DNA of 32,000 bases from Coprobacillaceae bacterium (GTDB lineage Bacteria; Bacillota_I; Bacilli_A; Erysipelotrichales; Coprobacillaceae): positions 720,001-752,000 of the forward strand of contig OY776328.1 of NCBI GenBank assembly GCA_963675515.1, given 5' to 3'. A program made the position numbers and the translations under genes. Each line of letters starts with the position of its first letter. Position 1 is the stretch's first letter. The notes below the pieces were generated by a model. It saw only the letters and a program-made list of their open reading frames with translations. It was not told the DNA's origin and made no database searches. Below are positions 17,823 through 27,905 of the stretch, one piece after another.

Positions 17823-17835
17823 AGAGGTGAAGTAG

Positions 17836-18381
17836 ATGGCACAAAATGAAAATCTAAACGAAGAAGAAAATGTTCAGGAAGAAACGGTTGATCCGGCCGA
17901 TCAAGAAGGCAAAGTGGAAGCCATGGACGACCAGGCCAAAATCGTTGAACTTGAAAGCGAAGTTGCCAAATGGAAAAACGAATACTACAAGGTATTTGCG
18001 GATATGGAGAATGTAAAAAGAAGGCTCCAGAACGAGCATTCGAATTCAATGAAGTTCATGATGCAAAGGTTCATCGAGGAGCTGCTGCCGATTGTCGATT
18101 CATTTGAAAGATCGCTGGCGGTTGAAAATCCCGGTGAGGAAATCGCTGTTTTCCTTAAGGGTTATTCGATGATCTATAACCAGCTTGTGAACGTTCTGGA
18201 AAAAGAAGGAGTTCAGGTTATCGAAACCAAGGATCAGGAATTCGACCCGAATTTCCATCAGGCGGTCATGTCCCAGGAAGTGGACGGAGTCGCTCCGGGA
18301 ATGATAATCGAAGAATTGCAAAAGGGATACAAGTTGAAAGATCGTGTCATCAGAGCATCATTAGTAAAAGTAAGTGCGTAA
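17836..18381 (+). CDS. grpE: Nucleotide exchange factor GrpE
   Basis: Acidic N-terminus, a coiled coil, the ADMENVKRR-type motif (FADMENVKRRLQNE), and a C-terminal beta domain (GYKLKDRVIRASLVKVS). Confidence 0.95.
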   Translation: MAQNENLNEEENVQEETVDPADQEGKVEAMDDQAKIVELESEVAKWKNEYYKVFADMENVKRRLQNEHSNSMKFMMQRFIEELLPIVDSFERSLAVENPGEEIAVFLKGYSMIYNQLVNVLEKEGVQVIETKDQEFDPNFHQAVMSQEVDGVAPGMIIEELQKGYKLKDRVIRASLVKVSA

Positions 18382-18387
18382 CGATAA

Positions 18388-20214
<1,827 letters not shown>

Positions 20215-20240
20215 TTATCATATGAATTTAAACCAGTTTG

Positions 20241-20263
20241 AAACCAAGGGAAGCCTTGGTTTT
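20241..20263 (+). terminator. Perfect 9-bp hairpin between dnaK and dnaJ (partial terminator or processing site)
   Basis: AAACCAAGG-GAAG-CCTTGGTTT followed by only a short T run (TTTT then AAG). Confidence 0.45.
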
Positions 20264-20289
20264 AAGCGGATTATGGAAAGGGTTAAGCG

Positions 20290-21417
20290 ATGGCAGAAAA
20301 AAGAGATTATTACGAAGTCTTGGGCGTGACCAAGAGCGCCTCGGCAGATGAGATAAAACGTGCTTACCGCAAAAAAGCAAAACAGTATCATCCGGACATG
20401 AACAAGGAAGCAGGCGCGGAGGAGAAATTCAAGGAAGTAAACGAAGCTTACGAGATTCTTTCCGATGACAATAAAAAAGCGGCTTACGACCGCTATGGCC
20501 ATGCCGCATTCTCCCAAGGTGGAGCAGGTGGCGGAGCTGGTGGTTTCGGTGGCTTTGGCGGAGCCGGTTTCGAGGATGTCGATCTGGGTGATATATTCGG
20601 ATCGTTCTTCGGGGGCGGTTCAAGAAGAAGCCGCAATACCGGACCGATGCGTGGTGAAGACCGCCTTATGCGTCTGACAATCGAATTCATGGAAGCGATC
20701 AAAGGAGTCAAAAAAGACATCAAGGTAACCTATGATGAACAATGTTCGCATTGTCATGGAACCGGGGCTCAAAAACCGGAAGACGTCCAGACGTGTCCGA
20801 CCTGCCATGGTCGGGGAACCGTTCAACAACAAGTTCGTTCTCCGTTCGGTACTGTTGTGACCGAAGCGGAATGTCCGACCTGCCACGGTGCGGGAAAGAC
20901 GGTCAAGAACAACTGCAGCCATTGTCATGGCAAGGGATTTGTCAACAAGACAGTCACTGTCCAGCTTGACATCCCGGCGGGTATCGATTCCCATCAGCAA
21001 CTTAGGGTTGGCGGCAAAGGAGGCCGGGGACGCAATGGCGGTCCTAACGGCGATCTGTTTGTGGAAATCCAGGTTCGGCCACATAAGTATTTCGTCCGTG
21101 AAGGACGCAATATCCATATCGAAATTCCGATTTCGGTTGTCGATGCGGTTTTGGGATGCGAGATCGACTGCCCGACAGTGTCAGGTGATGTCAAACTCAA
21201 GATTCCGGCTGGTACCCAACCGGATACCGTATTGCGGCTAAAAGGCAAAGGGGTCAAGGACATCCGCTCGGACAACTATGGCGACCAGTATGTGAAAGTT
21301 AAAATCCAGATCCCGACGAAACTTGATCGGGAAGAGAAGGAATGTTTCGAAAAACTTCGCAAAGGCACAAAAAAAGAATCGCTTTTTGACGCGTTCAAGA
21401 AAAACTTCAAGATATAA
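20290..21417 (+). CDS. dnaJ: Molecular chaperone DnaJ
   Basis: J domain (DYYEVLGV...HPD), a G/F-rich linker, four CxxCxGxG zinc-finger repeats, and a C-terminal substrate-binding domain. Confidence 0.97.
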   Translation: MAEKRDYYEVLGVTKSASADEIKRAYRKKAKQYHPDMNKEAGAEEKFKEVNEAYEILSDDNKKAAYDRYGHAAFSQGGAGGGAGGFGGFGGAGFEDVDLGDIFGSFFGGGSRRSRNTGPMRGEDRLMRLTIEFMEAIKGVKKDIKVTYDEQCSHCHGTGAQKPEDVQTCPTCHGRGTVQQQVRSPFGTVVTEAECPTCHGAGKTVKNNCSHCHGKGFVNKTVTVQLDIPAGIDSHQQLRVGGKGGRGRNGGPNGDLFVEIQVRPHKYFVREGRNIHIEIPISVVDAVLGCEIDCPTVSGDVKLKIPAGTQPDTVLRLKGKGVKDIRSDNYGDQYVKVKIQIPTKLDREEKECFEKLRKGTKKESLFDAFKKNFKI

Positions 21418-21421
21418 GCAA

Positions 21422-21470
21422 AATGCACCGCGCCGTATATTCAAAACGGTTGCGGTGCATTTTATTCTTA
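21422..21470 (+). terminator. Intrinsic terminator after dnaJ
   Basis: ATGCACCGC-G-CCGT...ACGG-TT-GCGGTGCAT forms a long stem, followed by TTTATTCTT. Confidence 0.75.
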
Positions 21471-21510
21471 TATCATGAGTCGTGGAATTGTTGTTCATTC
21501 ATTTCGGGCG

Positions 21511-21536
21511 GAAAAAAACAGCACCTGAGTGCTGTA
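21511..21536 (-). terminator. Intrinsic terminator after rpmB (minus strand)
   Basis: On the minus strand this reads ACAGCAC-TCAG-GTGCTGT followed by TTTTTTT. Confidence 0.8.
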
Positions 21537-21545
21537 GTTATTAGA

Positions 21546-21731
21546 TTAAGCAGATTTTCTTAAAGTTCTTAATTCTCTTGCAGAGATTTTGACTTTTTTA
21601 GGTTTGCCATCTACTAAAATAGTGGCTTTTTGTAAGTTCACGTTCCATTTTCTTCTTGAAGAATTCAAAGCATGAGAACGAGTATTACCTGACATAGGTC
21701 CTTTTCCGCTAACTTGACATTTTCTAGACAT
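21546..21731 (-). CDS. rpmB: 50S ribosomal protein L28
   Basis: [35 protein letters not shown] is a canonical L28. It is oriented divergently from the asp23-like gene, as in Bacillus (rpmB/yloU). Confidence 0.95.
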   Translation of the reverse strand: MSRKCQVSGKGPMSGNTRSHALNSSRRKWNVNLQKATILVDGKPKKVKISARELRTLRKSA

Positions 21732-21773
21732 CTAATTACCCTCCTTTTTTAGTAGTATTTCATGCGCTAAAAC

Positions 21774-21802
21774 ATAATATCATTAACTCTCCAATAAATC
21801 AA
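21774..21802 (-). promoter_or_regulatory. Candidate sigma-A promoter of rpmB
   Basis: On the minus strand: TTGATT, a 17-nt spacer, then TATTAT. Confidence 0.5.
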
Positions 21803-21889
21803 GCGCAAATAGGAAAAAAGATGATTTTTTTGTTTGGATCGGGACAGTTGATTTAGTATTAAACGATTGATGGTAATGACGGGTGCAAA

Positions 21890-21918
21890 TTGACAAACTT
21901 GTGTTTAAATGGTATTAT
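21890..21918 (+). promoter_or_regulatory. Candidate distal promoter for the asp23-like operon
   Basis: TTGACA (21890-21895), a 17-nt spacer, then TATTAT (21913-21918). A second candidate, TTGTGT-17-TATAAT, lies at 21948-21976. Confidence 0.45.
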
Positions 21919-21998
21919 TTATGTTGATGTCCAAGTGGGTATCTTAATTGTGTTTTTTGTCTGAATAGCGTATAATTGTCTTATCAGGAGGCATGAAT

Positions 21999-22355
21999 AT
22001 GATTGAAAAAAATAATAATATGGGAACGATAAATATCGCACTAGATGTCGTTGCTACGGTAGCCGGAAGCGCCGCGACCGAATGTTATGGTGTGGTGGGG
22101 ATGGCAAGCCAGAAAGTTTTCAAGGATGGCTACTATGACTTGTTGAAAAGAGAAAACTATGCCAAAGGGATAGTGGTGACCAACGGGACGACCGGTCTGG
22201 TCCTCGACCTTTATGTGATTCTAGGATACGGTATGAAACTAACCGAGGTCCTTCATGAAGTTCAAAAAAAAGTAAAATATGTGGTGGAAACTACTCTTGA
22301 TGTCAATATCGAATCGGTGAATATTTATGTTCAAGAGATCCGAGTAATAGAGTAG
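21999..22355 (+). CDS. Asp23/Gls24-family envelope stress protein (YloU-like)
   Basis: GTINIALDVVATVAGSAATECYGVVGM is the Asp23-family signature. The ATG at 21999 is better spaced from AGGAGG than the ATG at 21993. Confidence 0.9.
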   Translation: MIEKNNNMGTINIALDVVATVAGSAATECYGVVGMASQKVFKDGYYDLLKRENYAKGIVVTNGTTGLVLDLYVILGYGMKLTEVLHEVQKKVKYVVETTLDVNIESVNIYVQEIRVIE

Positions 22356-22365
22356 GAGAGGATAT

Positions 22366-24008
22366 ATGCAGTTATTAAATGGAAATGATTTTATCAAAAT
22401 GGTTATTTCAGGTGCCAACCATCTGGAGAACCAAAGGGTCAGGATTGATGCCTTGAATGTTTTCCCGGTTCCCGATGGCGACACTGGAACGAATATGTCG
22501 ATGACTTTCAGGGCTGGAGCCAACGAGATCAAAGATCTCAAGGATCAGCCGGTTTCAGTCGTGGCCAAGAAACTGTCGAAAGGGCTTTTGATGGGAGCCC
22601 GGGGTAATTCCGGAGTAATCCTGTCACAATCTTCCGGGGCATTGCCATGGGGTTTGAAGGTTATGATGAAGTGGATGCTTTGCAGCTGGCGCAGGCTTTA
22701 AAAAGCGGGGCTACCATCGCCTACAAAGCGGTCATGCGTCCGGTTGAAGGAACCATCCTGACAGTCATCCGCGAAGGCAGCGAGGCTGCGGCCAACTACA
22801 GCAGTGAAGATCAATCGATCGAGGATCTTTTCAAATACTTCATCGCCGCCTGTGACCGGTCGCTTGAACATACGCCAGAACTTTTGCCGGTGCTAAAAGA
22901 AGTTGGTGTCGTGGATTCGGGAGGTGCGGGACTGCTCGAAGTGTTCAAAGGATTTGACCTGGCATTGAACTTGAAACCGGTGGAGCTGGCCCAAAGACCA
23001 GACGACACTCAGATGGCCCATGTCAAAGCCGGCACCGGTGAGGAAGGTTATGGCTATTGCACCGAATTCATAATCCGCCTGGATGAAAAACTGGTTGTAA
23101 GCTTCAATGAGGAACAGCTCAAAAAGGAACTTGCGCTCATTCCTGGCGAATCGATTGTCTGCGTGCAGGATGAGGATATCGTGAAGGTCCACGTCCATAC
23201 CCTCAAACCGGGTAACGCCTTGAACCTGGCTCAGAGGTTCGGTGAGTTTGTCAAGATAAAGATCGAGAACATGCAAGAACAGGCCGACCATCTTGGCAAT
23301 ACCATTGTCGGGGTCGATGATGACAATCCGCGTTTACCCGAGGCCAAAGAGGTGGCTCTGATTGCGGTTGCCGCCGGGGAAGGATTGGAAAAGGCGTTCA
23401 GGGAACTCCACTGCGACGGTGTCGTTGCCGGAGGCCAGACAATGAATCCTTCGACCGAGAGTCTTGTGACCCAGATCAAAAAACTGAATGCGAAAAATGT
23501 GATCGTTCTCCCGAACAATTCGAATATCGTGATGACGGCCAACCAGGCCGCCCAGGTTCTCGAAGGTCAAATCAACGTCATTGTAATCCCGACCAAGACG
23601 ATTCCCCAGGGGCTTTCGGCTTGTGTCATGTACAATCCCGATGACAGCCTGGAAAACAATCTGGCCAGCATGGAAGAAGCCAGAAACAATGTCAAGACCG
23701 GTCAGGTGACCTTTGCGATCAAGGACACCAATATCGACGGAATCGACATCGTCAAGGACGAACATATGGCCATCTGCCAGGGTAAAATCATCGCCTGCCA
23801 TTTTGACCGTCTTGAAGCCTTGAAAAAGACGCTGGACTGCCTGGTGGAACAGGACGAGGACGAGCTGATCACCTTGATTGTCGGAGATGGGGTCAATGAC
23901 CTGGAAGTTGCCCAGATTGAAAGCTACATCGAGGACAATTTCGATCTTGAACTCGATATCATCAAAGGGAAGCAGCCGGTATACTCGTTCATCGTCGGAG
24001 TGGAATAG
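22366..24008 (+). pseudogene. DAK2-domain fusion protein (YloV-like) interrupted by a 1-nt frameshift near 22629
   Basis: ORF 22366-22701 carries the DhaL/DAK2 N-terminus (DGDTGTNM, GARGNSGVILSQ) and then turns into nonsense. The conserved continuation IFRGIAMGFEGYDEVDA reads in the adjacent frame from 22629. That frame is open from 22608 and runs to 24008. The two pieces together give about 547 aa, the normal length for this family. Confidence 0.8.
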
Positions 24009-24040
24009 AAATGCTACAAAATGTGGCATTTTTTTCTTTT
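24009..24040 (+). terminator. Intrinsic terminator after the yloV-like gene
   Basis: AAATGCTAC-AAAAT-GTGGCATTT (one G-U pair), followed by a T run. Confidence 0.7.
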
Positions 24041-24106
24041 GGTACTGTTTTGATTTAAAAAAACGGTTGAATATGCTAAAATGGTCTAGGAAAAGAGGGG
24101 AAGACA

Positions 24107-26110
24107 ATGACTGATGAATTACACCAATTGAAAATCAAGGCGAACAAGATCGAGCAGCTCAATGCGATGGGAATCCACACGCTCCATGACCTTGTTTTCA
24201 ACTTCCCCCGCCGCTATGTAATAGTCGAACAGACCCCTTTGAAAGACAATGAAAACGTCACAATCGAGGCCGTCCTGCTGGAACGTCCCAAGACTGTCTA
24301 CGGCCGGGTCCAGGTCATGAACTTCACTGTCCTTTACCAGGGCCGCGAGCTCAAGGCCGTCATTTTCAACCGCAATTTTTTGATGGCCAAGATGACCAAA
24401 AACATGACGATTACCATTACAGGCAAATATGAAAAGCGGCTCAACAAGATTACCGTTTCCAACCTCTATCTCCAGCCAATAAGCGAGATCGAGTCGATCA
24501 CACCGGTCTACAATCTTGCTGACGGGCTTGCCCGAAGGAGCTATTCGAGCTATCTTAAAAAGGCAATGAAGCTGGTGCTTGAAGATCTTGAAGAGGAATT
24601 GCCGGAAATGTTGCTGATAAAAAACCGGCTGATCAAACAGCGACTCGCCCTGGAGCTGATCCATTTCCCCCAGACCAGGGAGGACATAACCCAGGCAGGC
24701 TCCTATTTCAAATATCTCGAGTTTTTCAAGTTCCAGCTGGCCATCCAGTACGTAAGATACCTCCAGTCTCAGATAACCGGGATCGCCAAGCAGTTCGATT
24801 CGAAGGTGGTTGATGATTTTGTTTCCGGCCTCGATTTTGAACTGACCCCTGATCAAAATACGGCGATGGCTGAAATTCTTGATGATCTGGATAGTAAAAG
24901 GCAGATGTATCGCTTCTTGCAGGGTGATGTGGGCAGCGGCAAGACCGTCGTGTGCGCGATCGGCCTTTATGCCAATTACCTGAGCGGCTACCAGGGGGCC
25001 TTGATGGCGCCAACTGAAATTCTCGCCCGCCAGCATTATCAGACGTTCACCCGGCTTTTTGCCAACACGCCTTTGAGGATCGCCCTTTTGACCGGTTCGA
25101 CCAAGGATAAGGATGAAGTTTACGAAAATCTGCTTCAAGGAAACATTGATCTTGTCATCGGGACCCACGCCCTGTTCCAGGAAAAGGTCGGATACTTCAA
25201 ACTGGGAATGGTTGTAGCCGATGAACAGCACCGCTTCGGGGTGAACCAGCGCAAGGCGCTAAAGGAAAAGGGGGAGCTGGTTGATTTCATGGTGATGTCG
25301 GCGACCCCGATCCCCCGGACCCTGGCGATGACTGTCTACGGGGATATGGATATCTCCACAATCAAGACCAAGCCGGTCAACCGCAAGGAAGTTGTCACCA
25401 GGCTGGTCCAGGGCGATACGATGAAGCCGATACTAAAGGACCTGGTCGAATACCTGGCAACCGGAGGTCAGGTTTATGTAGTCTGTCCCCTGGTGTCCGA
25501 GAACGAGAAATCGGACATCCGTGACGTTGAGAACATTTATCAGGGAATGGCCAAATACTTCAAGGACAGATACGCAGTCGGTCTGCTCCATGGCCGTCTC
25601 AAGGATGAACAGAAAAACGACATCATGGAAAGGTTCAAGGCCAATGAGATCCGGATATTGGTGGCCACCACGGTCATCGAGGAGGGGGTCAATGTAGCCA
25701 ACGCCAATATGATGGTCATCTACAACGCCGACCGGTTCGGCCTCTCGCAGCTCCATCAGTTGCGTGGGCGGGTGGGGCGCTCAACCATCCAGGGAGTCTG
25801 CTATCTGCTTTCAAGCAGCGATACGCCCCAGGCCAGGGAACGGCTGGAATTCATGGCGGGTTGTTCCGATGGTTTCGAGATCGCCAACCAGGACTTGCTC
25901 TATAGGGGACCCGGGGAAATCCTGGGCAATCGCCAGTCCGGGCTGACCAGATTCGACTATGGCGATATCAAGAACGACTATGAGATTCTGGTTTTGGCCC
26001 GGGATGATGCGATTATGATGCTAAGCTCCAAATCAAACGATCCGAGGTACCTGGAAATATTGGCTAAAATCGAACTGGAATCGCAAAATAATAATCTATA
26101 TATCGATTGA
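24107..26110 (+). CDS. recG: ATP-dependent DNA helicase RecG
   Basis: N-terminal wedge/OB domain, the Walker A motif GDVGSGKTVV, the DEQH box (VADEQHRFG), and helicase motif VI (HQLRGRVGR). Confidence 0.95.
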   Translation: MTDELHQLKIKANKIEQLNAMGIHTLHDLVFNFPRRYVIVEQTPLKDNENVTIEAVLLERPKTVYGRVQVMNFTVLYQGRELKAVIFNRNFLMAKMTKNMTITITGKYEKRLNKITVSNLYLQPISEIESITPVYNLADGLARRSYSSYLKKAMKLVLEDLEEELPEMLLIKNRLIKQRLALELIHFPQTREDITQAGSYFKYLEFFKFQLAIQYVRYLQSQITGIAKQFDSKVVDDFVSGLDFELTPDQNTAMAEILDDLDSKRQMYRFLQGDVGSGKTVVCAIGLYANYLSGYQGALMAPTEILARQHYQTFTRLFANTPLRIALLTGSTKDKDEVYENLLQGNIDLVIGTHALFQEKVGYFKLGMVVADEQHRFGVNQRKALKEKGELVDFMVMSATPIPRTLAMTVYGDMDISTIKTKPVNRKEVVTRLVQGDTMKPILKDLVEYLATGGQVYVVCPLVSENEKSDIRDVENIYQGMAKYFKDRYAVGLLHGRLKDEQKNDIMERFKANEIRILVATTVIEEGVNVANANMMVIYNADRFGLSQLHQLRGRVGRSTIQGVCYLLSSSDTPQARERLEFMAGCSDGFEIANQDLLYRGPGEILGNRQSGLTRFDYGDIKNDYEILVLARDDAIMMLSSKSNDPRYLEILAKIELESQNNNLYID

Positions 26111-26149
26111 ATATGTTATAATAAACAAAAAATAAGATGAGGTGACGAT

Positions 26150-27133
26150 ATGAAATTAGCTATTGATGCCATGAGTGGTGATAAAGGCAGTGGCATTGTG
26201 GTTGATGCTTTAGTTAAGCATTTGGAAAATGACAAGACCAACCATTTCGTGGTTGTCGGTAAGATAGAAGAATTGGAAAGATTGAAAAGTTATGGGAATG
26301 TGGAGCTTCTCGATGCGCGGTCGGTTCTGACCATGGAGGAATCGATCATGGCAATCCGCCGCAACAAGGAAGCGTCACTGGTCAAAGCGATAACGTTGGC
26401 CAAGGAAGACAAGGTCGATGCGGTCCTTTCTTGTGGCAACACCGGAATTTACTACGCCTGCGCCATGCTTTTTCTAAAGAGGCTGGCAGGAGTGGAAAAA
26501 TCATGCCTGATGGCTAGTCTTCCAACTATAAACAATAGAGGGGTTTTGATGCTTGATGTGGGTGCCAACGCCAGCAACACTCCAAACCAGCTGGTGTCGT
26601 TTGCAATCATGGCCAATGTCTATGCGCAAAACGTGTTGAAGCTCGCCAATCCCAAAATCGGACTGTTGAACATCGGCAGCGAAAGCAAAAAGGGTGATGA
26701 ACTTCATCAACAGACTTACGAACTTCTCGCAGGAGCGGACAACCTGAATTTCGCAGGCAATGTCGAAGGTACCGACATCCTAAAAGGTGAGGTCGACATC
26801 GTCGTGAGCGACGGGTTCACCGGCAATGTCGCATTGAAGACAATCGAAGGGACGGCCAAGGTATTGATGAGCGCCCTTAAGGATACGTTCAAATCGAGCT
26901 GGAAAAGCAAACTGGGGGCCCTTCTTGCCAAATCGGGCCTGTACAGTCTTAAGGAACGGTTTGGAGCCGATGCCGCAGGTGGCGCACTGATGATGGGATT
27001 TGTCAAACCGGTCATCAAGGCTCACGGTTCTTCAAACAGCGAGTCGGTGCTCAAGGCAATTGAATTGGCCATTGCCATGGCTGATGAGAAGGTGGTTGAC
27101 AAATTGGAAGAAGGTTTGAAAAGATGGGAGTAG
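26150..27133 (+). CDS. plsX: Phosphate acyltransferase PlsX
   Basis: MKLAIDAMSGDKGSGIVVDA, with VSDGFTGNVALK and HGSS motifs. Confidence 0.95.
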   Translation: MKLAIDAMSGDKGSGIVVDALVKHLENDKTNHFVVVGKIEELERLKSYGNVELLDARSVLTMEESIMAIRRNKEASLVKAITLAKEDKVDAVLSCGNTGIYYACAMLFLKRLAGVEKSCLMASLPTINNRGVLMLDVGANASNTPNQLVSFAIMANVYAQNVLKLANPKIGLLNIGSESKKGDELHQQTYELLAGADNLNFAGNVEGTDILKGEVDIVVSDGFTGNVALKTIEGTAKVLMSALKDTFKSSWKSKLGALLAKSGLYSLKERFGADAAGGALMMGFVKPVIKAHGSSNSESVLKAIELAIAMADEKVVDKLEEGLKRWE

Positions 27134-27804
27134 AACAGTTTCTAAAGGACAACAACATTCCTTGGAACAACTTGAAAATATACAAGGAGGCGTTCACGCA
27201 CCCCTCTTATGCCAATGAACGGCACAAGAATGCCCGGCATTATGAACGGCTCGAATTTCTGGGCGATGCGGTATTGCAGCTATACGTGTCGCGCCATATC
27301 TTTAACTTATACCCAAATAAACCCGAGGGCAAGCTGACGACACTTCGCTCCAAGCTTGTCCGGGAAGAATCGTTGGCCCGTTTTGCCCGGGAACTGAAAA
27401 TCGGCAATTATGTTTATTTAGGTCTGGGTGAAAGAAACAACGGCGGAGCCAACCGTGATTCGGTGCTTGCCAATGTGTTTGAGGCTTTGATCGGGGCGGT
27501 TTACAGCGACCTGGGTGAGGATGAGGTTTTGAAAATCCTGAATCGGACAATTTTCAAACACGTAACGGATGTCGACTATGACGATATCACCGACTACAAG
27601 ACGACCCTACAGGAGCTTATCCAGGCGGATTCCCGCAAAACGGTTATCTACAAACTCCTTGAGGCCAAGGGTCCTTCGAATGCGCCGACATTCACCATCT
27701 CCGTGATGATGGGAGACATTTGTCTTGGAGTGGGGACAGGCTCGTCGAAAAAAAGGGCTGAACAAAAAGCCGCAAAAGCTGCCTTGAGCAAGCTGGCAAA
27801 ATAG
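27124..27804 (+). CDS. rnc: Ribonuclease III
   Basis: It has the RNase III signature ERLEFLGDAVLQ and a C-terminal dsRBD (DYKTTLQELIQ...GSSKKRAEQKAAKAAL). It overlaps the plsX stop by 10 nt. Confidence 0.95.
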   Translation: MGVEQFLKDNNIPWNNLKIYKEAFTHPSYANERHKNARHYERLEFLGDAVLQLYVSRHIFNLYPNKPEGKLTTLRSKLVREESLARFARELKIGNYVYLGLGERNNGGANRDSVLANVFEALIGAVYSDLGEDEVLKILNRTIFKHVTDVDYDDITDYKTTLQELIQADSRKTVIYKLLEAKGPSNAPTFTISVMMGDICLGVGTGSSKKRAEQKAAKAALSKLAK

Positions 27805-27823
27805 GGCGCTGCCCTATTTTTTT
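27800..27823 (+). terminator. Intrinsic terminator after rnc
   Basis: ATAGGGC-GCT-GCCCTAT followed by TTTTTTT. It overlaps the rnc stop codon. Confidence 0.8.
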
Positions 27824-27843
27824 TCACGGCCGGGAGTCAATTA

Positions 27844-27861
27844 ATTGTGGAAATGTCCACA
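27844..27861 (+). promoter_or_regulatory. 18-nt near-perfect palindrome upstream of pncB (candidate operator)
   Basis: In TTGTGGAAATGTCCACAA, 8 of 9 positions are self-complementary. It lies 45 nt before the pncB ATG and just upstream of an AT-rich -10-like TATTAT (27870-27875). Confidence 0.35.
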
Positions 27862-27905
27862 ACAATAAGTTATTATAGTGAAAATGGATTACCAAGGAGA
27901 TATTT

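Noticed and set aside
20518-20572. Low-complexity GGT/GGC/GGA repeats in dnaJ.
   Set aside because: This is the normal glycine/phenylalanine-rich linker of type I DnaJ proteins. It is not a repeat element or a CRISPR-like array.
22366-24008. Reading the two overlapping ORFs (22366-22701 and 22647-24008) as two real genes or as a programmed ribosomal frameshift.
   Set aside because: Family-typical sequence runs continuously across the frame change at 22629. There is no slippery heptamer or stimulatory structure. A 1-nt indel, either a mutation or a sequencing error, is the simplest explanation.
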